DNA of 64,000 nucleotides from Auanema rhodensis. Its lineage: Eukaryota > Animalia > Nematoda. Positions 1 to 9,700 of the stretch are shown here, in pieces. Location: contig OZ059898.1 in the NCBI GenBank assembly GCA_964057225.1, positions 4,712,001 to 4,776,000 on the forward strand, written 5' to 3'. The translations under genes and the position numbers were made by a program. The notes under the pieces are model-generated. The model was not told where the DNA came from and made no database searches. It saw only the letters and a list, made by a program, of their open reading frames with translations. How positions within the stretch are numbered: the first letter of the stretch is position 1; every line of letters begins with the position of its first letter.

Positions 1-2318
1 TCAAAGATCATACACTATAATCAAATAAAAATACTCTGAGGTTGGGTATTCAGATGTGCAGAATCTGAAGTTCTTAGTCAGATTTGGCTGTGACTTTTCA
101 AATTTCCGGAAAAAAGGTTTATATCGACCCCATCCACAAGATTTGTTCACAAAAAAGTTCAGGCTGTAGGCACGTTGTGTCCGGTGATTGTTCGATTTTC
201 TCAAAGATCAAAATCTATAATCAAATAAAAATACTCTGAGGTTGGGTATTCAGATGTGCAGAATCTGAATTTCTTAGTCAGATTTGGCTGTGACTTTTCA
301 AATTTCCGGAAAAAAGGTTTATATCGACCCCATCCACAAGATTTGTTCACAAAAAAGTTCAGGCTGTAGGCACGTTGTGTCCGGTGATTGTTCGATTTTG
401 TCAAAGATCAAAATCTATAATTAAATAAAAATACTCTGAGGTTGGGTATTCAGATGTGCAGAATCTGAAGTTCTTAGTCAGATTTGGCTGTGACTTTTCA
501 AATTTCCGGAAAAAAGGTTTATATCGACCCCATCCACAAGATTTGTTCACAAAAAAGTTCAGGCTGTAGGCACGTTGTGTCCGGTGATTGTTCGATTTTG
601 CCAAAGATTATTAACTATAATCAAATAAAAATATTCTGAGGTTGGGTATTCAGATGTGCAGAATCTGAAGTTCTTGGTGAGATTTGGCTGTGACTTTTCA
701 ATTTTCCGGAAAAAAGGTTTATATCGACCCCATCCACAAGATTTGTTCACAAAAAAGTTCAGGCTGTAGGCACGTTGTGTCCGGTGATTGTTCGATTTTC
801 TCAAAGATCAAAATCTATAATCAAATAAAAATACTCTGAGGTTGGGTATTCAGATGTGCAGAATCTGAAGTTCTTAGTCAGATTTGGCTGTGACTTTTCA
901 AATTTCCGGAAAAAAGGTTTATATCGACCCCATCCACAAGATTTGTTCACAAAAAAGTTTAGGCTGTAGGCACGTTGTGTCCGGTGATTGTTCGATTTTG
1001 TCAAAGATTATTAACTATAATCAAATAAAAATATTCTGAGGTTGGGTATTCAGATGTGCAGAATCTGAAGTTCTTGGTGAGATTTGGCTGTGACTTTTCA
1101 ATTTTCCGGAAAAAAGGTTTATATCGACCCCATCCACAAGATTTGTTCACAAAAAAGTTCAGGCTGTAGGCACGTTGTGTCCGGTGATTGTTCGATTTTC
1201 TCAAAGATCAAAATCTATAATCAAATAAAAATACTCTGAGGTTGGGTATTCAGATGTGCAGAATCTGAATTTCTTAGTCAGATTTGGCTGTGACTTTTCA
1301 AATTTCCGGAAAAAAGGTTTATATCGACCCCATCCACAAGATTTGTTCACAAAAAAGTTCAGGCTGTAGGCACGTTGTGTCCGGTGATTGTTCGATTTTG
1401 TCAAAGATCAAAATCTATAATTAAATAAAAATACTCTGAGGTTGGGTATTCAGATGTGCAGAATCTGAAGTTCTTAGTCAGATTTGGCTGTGACTTTTCA
1501 AATTTCCGGAAAAAAGGTTTATATCGACCCCATCCACAAGATTTGTTCACAAAAAAGTTCAGGCTGTAGGCACGTTGTGTCCGGTGATTGTTCGATTTTG
1601 CCAAAGATTATTAACTATAATCAAATAAAAATATTCTGAGGTTGGGTATTCAGATGTGCAGAATCTGAAGTTCTTGGTGAGATTTGGCTGTGACTTTTCA
1701 AATTTCCGGAAAAAAGGTTTATATCGACCCCATCCACAAGATTTGTTCACAAAAAAGTTCAGGCTGTAGGCACGTTGTGTCCGGTGATTGTTCGATTTTG
1801 CCAAAGATTATTAACTATAATCAAATAAAAATATTCTGAGGTTGGGTATTCAGATGTGCAGAATCTGAAGTTCTTAGTCAGATTTGGCTGTGACTTTTCA
1901 ATTTTCCGGAAAAAAGGTTTATATCGACCCCATCCACAAGATTTGTTCACAAAAAAGTTCAGGCTGTAGGCACGTTGTGTCCGGTGATTGTTCGATTTTC
2001 TCAAAGATCAAAATCTATAATCAAATAAAAATACTCTGAGGTTGGGTATTCAGATGTGCAGAATCTGAAGTTCTTAGTCAGATTTGGCTGTGACTTTTCA
2101 AATTTCCGGAAAAAAGGTTTATATCGACCCCATCCACAAGATTTGTTCACAAAAAAGTTTAGGCTGTAGGCACGTTGTGTCCGGTGATTGTTCGATTTTG
2201 TCAAAGATTATTAACTATAATCAAATAAAAATATTCTGAGGTTGGGTATTCAGATGTGCAGAATCTGAAGTTCTTGGTGAGATTTGGCTGTGACTTTTCA
2301 ATTTTCCGGAAAAAAGGT
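1..2318. repeat. 200-bp satellite array, segment 1 (~11.6 monomers, continues left of window)
   Basis: Exact 200-bp periodicity (tcaaagatca...ttcgattttg). Monomers differ only by a few substitutions. I count 74/200 GC in the consensus. Confidence 0.98.
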
Positions 2319-2477
2319 TTATATTTATTCGACTGTTAGCTATATTGTTTACATTGACCTCACGTTACAAAAAAAAAATTTTTTTTGAATAGGGTAATAA
2401 GACCGTGGGAAAGGCGGGCTTTAAGTATTGGCGGGAACCGGGTTCTCAAGTCAATTCTATCAGTAAAACACTTCATA
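2319..2477 (+). repeat. DIRS left inverted terminal repeat (159 bp)
   Basis: ttatatttattcgactgttagc...cacttcata is the reverse complement of 6562-6720. Confidence 0.93.
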
Positions 2478-2507
2478 TTTTTGTTTCGAGCCTCACGGTT
2501 GGTCGCT

Positions 2508-5384
2508 ATGGCCCCCGCTCGCACTACCAAGAAGGGACAAGCCCCTGATCATGAGCCTGCCCCGAAAAGAGGCCGCTCATCCGTCTCGATCTCATCAGAC
2601 GGCTCTTTGGAATCTTCACGACGCGATGGCCGTCTCACACCTACGGACTCAACCCAAGGCGATCACTCGGTGAACTCCCATGAAGAACTCGATCAAGTTC
2701 GACATGACTCCTCGGACGAGGACGACTTCGTGCCCATGCCACCAGAATCTCAAGGACCTAGAACCAGGCCTGTAGTCCGCCTCTCCGGTTCCGAACTTGC
2801 CGACTTCGAGCGTCTTGCCTCCGGTTGCTCCATGACGCACACCGAAAGAGCCGACATCTTATCTGAGCTCCCAATACTCGATTCTCCATTCGCCCGTCTA
2901 CCATGCCTGGATGAGAAATACACCACCCACGTGGATAGCTCAGTCAAGCCATCAGTGAAGATCAGCGAGGCTGACATCAGGGCCTCTTACGAGAACACGC
3001 TCAATGCGCTCGCCGGCCTACGGATCATCAGGAAACTTGCGAAGATCGATAACAAGTCTCCACTTTCCTCCAAACAACAGGCATACATCAACGTGACAGA
3101 AAGATTCCTCAGCGCCAATATCAAGACGGATTATACTCACCTCAGAGAGATCGCACTTCTTAAAATGAAGTACTCTCAGCCCATCAAGGCTATGCCTAGC
3201 TACAAAAGGGCCCCGCTCTACGGTTCTACCATGTCTCTCGACAACTCTCAGGAGGTAGGATGCCATAAGCGACCAACGTCTATTAATCTTTATTCTCAGG
3301 ACTCAGTCCCGGAACTCTTCGGAAAGAAGCTAAGGGCAGAAATCTCGGCTTTCTCTGAACTCTCTAGAAACTCAAGAACCAATTCAAGTTCCCGAGATCA
3401 TCAACGTCCAAGACCGTCATCGAACCAACGATCGGGACCATCAACACGACCCATCCACAAGGCTAACTCCTATAGCAGGTGCGTCCATTTTCGAGCAGGT
3501 GCTCTTTCGTCCCACCTAGACTTTTGGGGTTCCCTCTCTAAAGACCAGGATATCCTTCAGACGGTAAAAGGCTACCGCCTCCCTTTCGCAGGTAGTAAAC
3601 CTAAGCGCCTTCTGTCAAATCTGACATCGTTACCGCAATCTCTTCCGGCTAACCCTCTCCTTGCGGAGCTTTTGGAGACGGGGGCAATCAGACCGGCTAG
3701 ACCTGGCGAAAGGATCTTCCGGTCCTCTACTTTTCTAGTACCCAAGTCCGATGGGTCCAGCCGCTTTATCCTCAACTTGAAGACGCTTAACACCTTCATA
3801 GAGACACCCCGGTTCAAGCTGGAATCCGTTAGGGACCTCCCATCGGTGTTGCAACGCAATGATTGGTTATGCAAGGTGGACTTCCAGTCGGCCTATCATT
3901 CTATCCCTGTGGCAATAGAACATCAACCCTACCTGGGCTTTGATATAGAGGGCAGATCATACGTGTTCTGCGTCCTTCCTTTCGGCCTAAACGCAGCCCC
4001 ATACGTGTTTCATAAGCTGATGAGGGTGCTTGCAGCGCTCCTCAGGGATCAGGGAATTCGCCTAATCAACTACCTTGACGACTGGCTTTTTCTAGACAGG
4101 TCAGCCACAAGAGTGGCCGATCATGCGTCTCGTGCTATAGATCTATTCCGTGACGCGGGTTTCTCTATTAACATGCTTAAATCCATCTTAAGCCCTACCC
4201 AATCGCTCGATTTTCTAGGTTTAGAAATAGACACGCGCTCTCTTGAATGGCGCCTGCCAACAGAAAAACGGGAGGCTATAAGCACCTCCCTGTCGGTCCT
4301 TCTCAGATCCCAGGCCTCCCCACTCCGGAAACTGGCCTCCCTCCTCGGGAGAATCAACTTCGCCACTGTGGTACACCCACATTTTTCCTTTTGGGTTAGA
4401 CAAACTCAAAGAGATTTACGGGGCATAGGTTTTCCCAACCTAAACGACCCCAACGAGCTTTCCGCTCAGGTCTCTATTGTAGGAGACCTTCGGGATACCT
4501 TACGTGCCTTCCTATCAGAAGAATCTTGCACACTAGGCTCCCCGAGTTCACTTGTACCCTTCTCTCCATCCCTGTCCATTACATCGGACGCCTCCGGTGA
4601 AGGATATGGAGCATCATGGGAAGGCAACACTATCTCAGGGAAATGGTCAATCAAGGAGAAATATGCTTATCACATAAACTGGTTGGAACTTATTGCGGCC
4701 TTCAAAGCCCTGGTCCATTTCGGCACTGAGTGGTGCAATATTGACGTGTTACTGTTAATCGATAACACATCGGCGATAACTTACATCAACAGGCGGGGTG
4801 GCTCGGCCTCAGAACGAGGTTCGGAAATAGCCCGTAAGCTCTGGCACTTCTGCAGGGAGCGCAATATCCGAGTCAGAGCAACGCACATCGCCGGCAGACT
4901 GAATCACATTGCAGACCAACTCTCCAGGGGTAGATGCCTTCACGAAGATTGGTCCCTCCATCCGGAGACGACTGCGAGTATTTTCCAAAGATTCGGTACC
5001 CCTTCATTTGATCTTTTTGCATCCTCCTGGAACGCAAAGGCACCACTTTACTGCTCTTTCCTTCTAGACGAGAACGCATTCTGCGTAGACGCCTTCTCTC
5101 ACAACTGGAAACAGCTGCCGCAAGGACTTCTCTTCGTCTTCCCGCCCTTCCACCTCCTCAAGAGGACCATCAACAAGTTGGCAGACTCAGGACGACAGGC
5201 CATCCTGATCGCTCCACTTTGGAAAAGCCAGATCTGGTTTCCCCTTCTGTCCCAACTAGTCCAGGAACCCCCAATGAGCCTCCATCATCCCAGCCTTCTC
5301 CAAGACAAGAAAGGCAACTCTCACCCCCTCCTGGGGACAAGAAATTTTTTCCTGGCGGCGTGGAGGATTTCACCGCCAGCATAG
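2508..5384 (+). CDS. DIRS Gag-like / reverse transcriptase / RNase H / DNA N6-adenine methyltransferase-like polyprotein (958 aa from first ATG; frame open from TTG 2385)
   Basis: RT motifs FLVPKSDGSSRFILNLK, DFQSAY, LPFGL and YLDD (4071). RNase H motifs TSDAS, LEL, IDN and NHIADQLSR. MT-like motifs DLFAS and FPPF. The N-terminal ~320 aa is Gag by position only. Confidence 0.93.
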   Translation: MAPARTTKKGQAPDHEPAPKRGRSSVSISSDGSLESSRRDGRLTPTDSTQGDHSVNSHEELDQVRHDSSDEDDFVPMPPESQGPRTRPVVRLSGSELADFERLASGCSMTHTERADILSELPILDSPFARLPCLDEKYTTHVDSSVKPSVKISEADIRASYENTLNALAGLRIIRKLAKIDNKSPLSSKQQAYINVTERFLSANIKTDYTHLREIALLKMKYSQPIKAMPSYKRAPLYGSTMSLDNSQEVGCHKRPTSINLYSQDSVPELFGKKLRAEISAFSELSRNSRTNSSSRDHQRPRPSSNQRSGPSTRPIHKANSYSRCVHFRAGALSSHLDFWGSLSKDQDILQTVKGYRLPFAGSKPKRLLSNLTSLPQSLPANPLLAELLETGAIRPARPGERIFRSSTFLVPKSDGSSRFILNLKTLNTFIETPRFKLESVRDLPSVLQRNDWLCKVDFQSAYHSIPVAIEHQPYLGFDIEGRSYVFCVLPFGLNAAPYVFHKLMRVLAALLRDQGIRLINYLDDWLFLDRSATRVADHASRAIDLFRDAGFSINMLKSILSPTQSLDFLGLEIDTRSLEWRLPTEKREAISTSLSVLLRSQASPLRKLASLLGRINFATVVHPHFSFWVRQTQRDLRGIGFPNLNDPNELSAQVSIVGDLRDTLRAFLSEESCTLGSPSSLVPFSPSLSITSDASGEGYGASWEGNTISGKWSIKEKYAYHINWLELIAAFKALVHFGTEWCNIDVLLLIDNTSAITYINRRGGSASERGSEIARKLWHFCRERNIRVRATHIAGRLNHIADQLSRGRCLHEDWSLHPETTASIFQRFGTPSFDLFASSWNAKAPLYCSFLLDENAFCVDAFSHNWKQLPQGLLFVFPPFHLLKRTINKLADSGRQAILIAPLWKSQIWFPLLSQLVQEPPMSLHHPSLLQDKKGNSHPLLGTRNFFLAAWRISPPA

Positions 5385-6304
5385 AAGGAATATCGGACCA
5401 GACCAAACTACTATTGGTAAACGCTTTCGCTCCTGGTACCCGAAAACAATATAACACGGCTTACAGAGCTTGGGAGAATTATTGCAAGCTATCCCAGATC
5501 GAGTTCATCCCCAATGCAAAAAATGTTGCCAATTTCTTAGCCCATCGGGCAGAGAACAACGGTTTTTCCTCAGCTGCTACAGCAAGGGCGGCTCTCTGCC
5601 TTCTCGCTGAACACTATTCCGTAACTCCCCCACTCCGGGACGATCCGATGTTAAAAAAGCTTCTCCGCGGGATATATCGTTCCAAGCCTCCACACGCTAG
5701 ATACATGGATATCTGGGACCCTTCTACGGTCCTGGCTCACCTAGAAAGTCTAGGTCCTAACGATTCGCTGTCCTTAGACTGTCTAACCCGCAAGCTTGCT
5801 ACCCTCTTAGCTATGTGCTCCCCTCAACGAGCATCGGAACTATCGGCGCTATCACTCGACCACATGCGCTTTGACACACGAGGGGTCACCTTCTTCATCG
5901 AATTCAGGAACAAGAATAGGGGCAAGGGCCCTCCCCGCGAAGCTTGTTTCGAAAGCCATTCAGAACGCCCTCTTGTCTGCCCCATTGATTGCATAAATGC
6001 CTACCTGTCGGCTACCATGCATACTCGTCGATCGCGAAACCTTCTAGTTAGCATTAACAGAGGAGAACCAGTAGTCGCAACTACGGTAGCGGGTTGGTTT
6101 AGAACTTGCCTAGAAGAAGCGGGAATCCCCACAAAATTCAAAGCTCACTCAGTACGTGCTGCCGCCACGTCCAAAGCTTTTGAGAATGGACTGCCTGTCA
6201 AAACTATTTTAGACGCAGCTAACTGGGCCTCGGAAAGCACCTTCTTCAAACACTATTGCAAGAGACGCTCTTTCCAGGACTCCTTATTTTCTTTAACTAG
6301 CTAA
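5219..6304 (+). CDS. DIRS tyrosine recombinase (phage-integrase family); true start uncertain
   Basis: Catalytic set R (QRASEL), K (RNKN), HxxR (HSVR), W (ANW) and Y (KHY). Core-binding-like region TRKQY..AW..YC. Overlaps the end of pol in another frame. The listed start is TTG. Confidence 0.93.
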   Translation: MEKPDLVSPSVPTSPGTPNEPPSSQPSPRQERQLSPPPGDKKFFPGGVEDFTASIEGISDQTKLLLVNAFAPGTRKQYNTAYRAWENYCKLSQIEFIPNAKNVANFLAHRAENNGFSSAATARAALCLLAEHYSVTPPLRDDPMLKKLLRGIYRSKPPHARYMDIWDPSTVLAHLESLGPNDSLSLDCLTRKLATLLAMCSPQRASELSALSLDHMRFDTRGVTFFIEFRNKNRGKGPPREACFESHSERPLVCPIDCINAYLSATMHTRRSRNLLVSINRGEPVVATTVAGWFRTCLEEAGIPTKFKAHSVRAAATSKAFENGLPVKTILDAANWASESTFFKHYCKRRSFQDSLFSLTS

Positions 6305-6375
6305 CAGTCGAATAAATATAATAGAATTTTTTTACTATAATAAGACGTAAAAAAGAGATTATATTTATTCGACTG
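6298..6375 (+). other. DIRS internal complementary region (ICR)
   Basis: Reverse complement of the right terminus joined to the left terminus (circle junction ...aattcta|ttatatttattcgactgttagcta). Overlaps the YR stop codon. Confidence 0.92.
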
Positions 6376-6561
6376 GAGTCCCACCTTCCACCCCTTGGTC
6401 TCCACCTACGGAGTCCCTTCCTCGCGCTCTCTAGATTACGTTTTTCTTTAGATTCCGACGCCCCTCGAAGAACCCAGTTCCACGAAGATAGATCCTGCTC
6501 ATCCCTATCCGAAGATCTCTCTGTCAGTATCGTTTTGTATCCCCTTTAACTTTTTAGAAAT

Positions 6562-6757
6562 TATGAAGTGTTTTACTGATAGAATTGACTTGAGAACCCG
6601 GTTCCCGCCAATACTTAAAGCCCGCCTTTCCCACGGTCTTATTACCCTATTCAAAAAAAATTTTTTTTTTGTAACGTGAGGTCAATGTAAACAATATAGC
6701 TAACAGTCGAATAAATATAATCTCTTTTTTACGTCTTATTATAGTAAAAAAATTCTA
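6562..6757 (+). repeat. DIRS right ITR (6562-6720) plus 37-bp right extension (6721-6757)
   Basis: Inverted copy of the left ITR followed by tctcttttttacgtc...aattcta, which is complementary to the ICR. Confidence 0.92.
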
Positions 6758-9700
6758 TTATATCGACCCCATCCACAAGATTTGTTCACAAAAAAGTTCA
6801 GGCTGTAGGCACGTTGTGTCCGGTGATTGTTCGATTTTCTCAAAGATCAAAATCTATAATCAAATAAAAATACTCTGAGGTTGGGTATTCAGATGTGCAG
6901 AATCTGAATTTCTTAGTCAGATTTGGCTGTGACTTTTCAAATTTCCGGAAAAAAGGTTTATATCGACCCCATCCACAAGATTTGTTCACAAAAAAGTTCA
7001 GGCTGTAGGCACGTTGTGTCCGGTGATTGTTCGATTTTCTCAAAGATCAAAATCTATAATCAAATAAAAATACTCTGAGGTTGGGTATTCAGATGTGCAG
7101 AATCTGAAGTTCTTAGTCAGATTTGGCTGTGCCTTTTCAAATTTCCGGAAAAAAGGTTTATATCAACCCCATCCACAAGATTTGTTCACAAAAAAGTTTA
7201 GGCTGTAGGCACGTTGTGTCCGGTGATTGTTCGATTTTGTCAAAGATTATACACTATAATCAAATAAAAATGTTCACAAGTTGGGTATTCAGATGTGCAG
7301 AATCTGAAGTTCTTAGTCAGATTTGGCTGTGACTTTTCAAATTTCCGGAAAAAAGGTTTATATCGACCCCATCCACAAGATTTGTTCACAAAAAAGTTCA
7401 GGCTGTAGGCACGTTGTGTCCGGTGATTGTTCGATTTTGTCAAAGATCAAAATCTATAATTAAATAAAAATACTCTGAGGTTGGGTATTCAGATGTGCAG
7501 AATCTGAATTTCTTAGTCAGATTTGGCTGTGACTTTTCAAATTTCCGGAAAAAAGGTTTATATCGACCCCATCCACAAGATTTGTTCACAAAAAAGTTCA
7601 GGCTGTAGGCACGTTGTGTCCGGTGATGGTTCGATTTTGTCAAAGATCAAAATCTATAATTAAATAAAAATACTCTGAGGTTGGGTATTCAGATGTGCAG
7701 AATCTGAATTTCTTAGTCAGATTTGGCTGTGACTTTTCAAATTTCCGGAAAAAAGGTTTATATCGACCCCATCCACAAGATTTGTTCACAAAAAAGTTCA
7801 GGCTGTAGGCACGTTGTGTCCGGTGATTGTTCGATTTTGTCAAAGATCAAAATCTATAATTAAATAAAAATACTCTGAGGTTGGGTATTCAGATGTGCAG
7901 AATCTGAATTTCTTAGTCAGATTTGGCTGTGACTTTTCAAATTTCCGGAAAAAAGGTTTATATCGACCCCATCCACAAGATTTGTTCACAAAAAAGTTCA
8001 GGCTGTAGGCACGTTGTGTCCGGTGATTGTTCGATTTTGTCAAAGATCAAAATCTATAATTAAATAAAAATACTCTGAGGTTGGGTATTCAGATGTGCAG
8101 AATCTGAATTTCTTAGTCAGATTTGGCTGTGACTTTTCAAATTTCCGGAAAAAAGGTTTATATCGACCCCATCCACAAGATTTGTTCACAAAAAAGTTCA
8201 GGCTGTAGGCACGTTGTGTCCGGTGATTGTTCGATTTTGTCAAAGATTATTAACTATAATCAAATAAAAATACTCTGAGGTTGGGTATTCAGATGTGCAG
8301 AATCTGAAGTTCTTAGTCAGATTTGGCTGTGACTTTTCAAATTTCCGGAAAAAAGGTTTATATCGACCCCATCCACAAGATTTGTTCACAAAAAAGTTCA
8401 GGCTGTAGGCACGTTGTGTCCGGTGATTGTTCGATTTTGTCAAAGATTATTAACTATAATCAAATAAAAATACTCTGAGGTTGGGTATTCAGATGTGCAG
8501 AATCTGAAGTTCTTAGTCAGATTTGGCTGTGACTTTTCAAATTTCCGGAAAAAAGGTTTATATCGACCCCATCCACAAGATTTGTTCACAAAAAAGTTCA
8601 GGCTGTAGGCACGTTGTGTCCGGTGATTGTTCGATTTTGTCAAAGATTATTAACTATAATCAAATAAAAATACTCTGAGGTTGGGTATTCAGATGTGCAG
8701 AATCTGAAGTTCTTAGTCAGATTTGGCTGTGACTTTTCAAATTTCCGGAAAAAAGGTTTATATCGACCCCATCCACAAGATTTGTTCACAAAAAAGTTCA
8801 GGCTGTAGGCACGTTGTGTCCGGTGATTGTTCGATTTTGTCAAAGATCAAAATCTATAATCAAATAAAAATACTCTGAGGTTGGGTATTCAGATGTGCAG
8901 AATCTGAAGTTCTTGGTGAGATTTGGCTGTGACTTTTCAATTTTCCGGAAAAAAGGTTTATATCGACCCCATCCACAAGATTTGTTCACAAAAAAGTTCA
9001 GGCTGTAGGCACGTTGTGTCCGGTGATTGTTCGATTTTCTCAAAGATCAAAATCTATAATCAAATAAAAATACTCTGAGGTTGGGTATTCAGATGTGCAG
9101 AATCTGAAGTTCTTAGTCAGATTTGGCTGTGACTTTTCAAATTTCCGGAAAAAAGGTTTATATCGACCCCATCCACAAGATTTGTTCACAAAAAAGTTTA
9201 GGCTGTAGGCACGTTGTGTCCGGTGATTGTTCGATTTTGTCAAAGATTATTAACTATAATCAAATAAAAATATTCTGAGGTTGGGTATTCAGATGTGCAG
9301 AATCTGAAGTTCTTAGTCAGATTTGGCTGTGACTTTTCAAATTTCCGGAAAAAAGGTTTATATCGACCCCATCCACAAGATTTGTTCACAAAAAAGTTCA
9401 GGCTGTAGGCACGTTGTGTCCGGTGATTGTTCGATTTTGTCAAAGATCAAAATCTATAATCAAATAAAAATACTCTGAGGTTGGGTATTCAGATGTGCAG
9501 AATCTCAATTTCTTAGTGAGATTTGGCTGTGACTTTTCAAATTTCCGGAAAAAAGGTTTATATCGACCCCATCCACAAGATTTGTTCACAAAAAAGTTCA
9601 GGCTGTAGGCACGTTGTGTCCGGTGATTGTTCGATTTTGTCAAAGATCAAAATCTATAATTAAATAAAAATACTCTGAGGTTGGGTATTCAGATGTGCAG

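Larger units (their letters stand above)
2319..6757 (+). mobile_element. DIRS1-like tyrosine-recombinase retrotransposon, full length (4439 bp), copy 1
   Basis: Contains RT/RNaseH/MT and YR ORFs, 159-bp inverted terminal repeats, a 37-bp right extension and an ICR. Satellite phase shifts by exactly 4439 bp across it. The boundary can slide within a TTATAT shared by target and element start. Confidence 0.96.

Noticed and set aside
116-200. Satellite as a spliced-leader, 5S or snRNA gene array (GGTTTATATCGACCCCATCCACAAG loosely resembles nematode SL2 exons; GATTTTG resembles an Sm site)
   Set aside because: No GT donor follows the putative leader (ATTTG), similarity is weak, and I recognise no 5S or tRNA sequence. 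An Infernal/Rfam search would settle it.
181-210. CENP-B box in the monomer
   Set aside because: TTCG is present but the downstream A..CGGG is absent.
2319-2324. TTATAT as a 6-bp target-site duplication of the DIRS element
   Set aside because: The ICR and copy 2 show that TTATAT belongs to the element's left end. Copy 2 has no duplication.
2385-2507. N-terminal 41 aa of the 999-aa ORF
   Set aside because: It begins at TTG within the ITR. The first ATG is at 2508.
2649-5457. Short antisense ORFs within DIRS (and mirrors at 17355-20464)
   Set aside because: Shadow ORFs of the real coding strand with no motifs.
5219-6304. Prophage or bacterial integrase, or contamination
   Set aside because: The YR is embedded in a DIRS structure with RT, ITRs and ICR.
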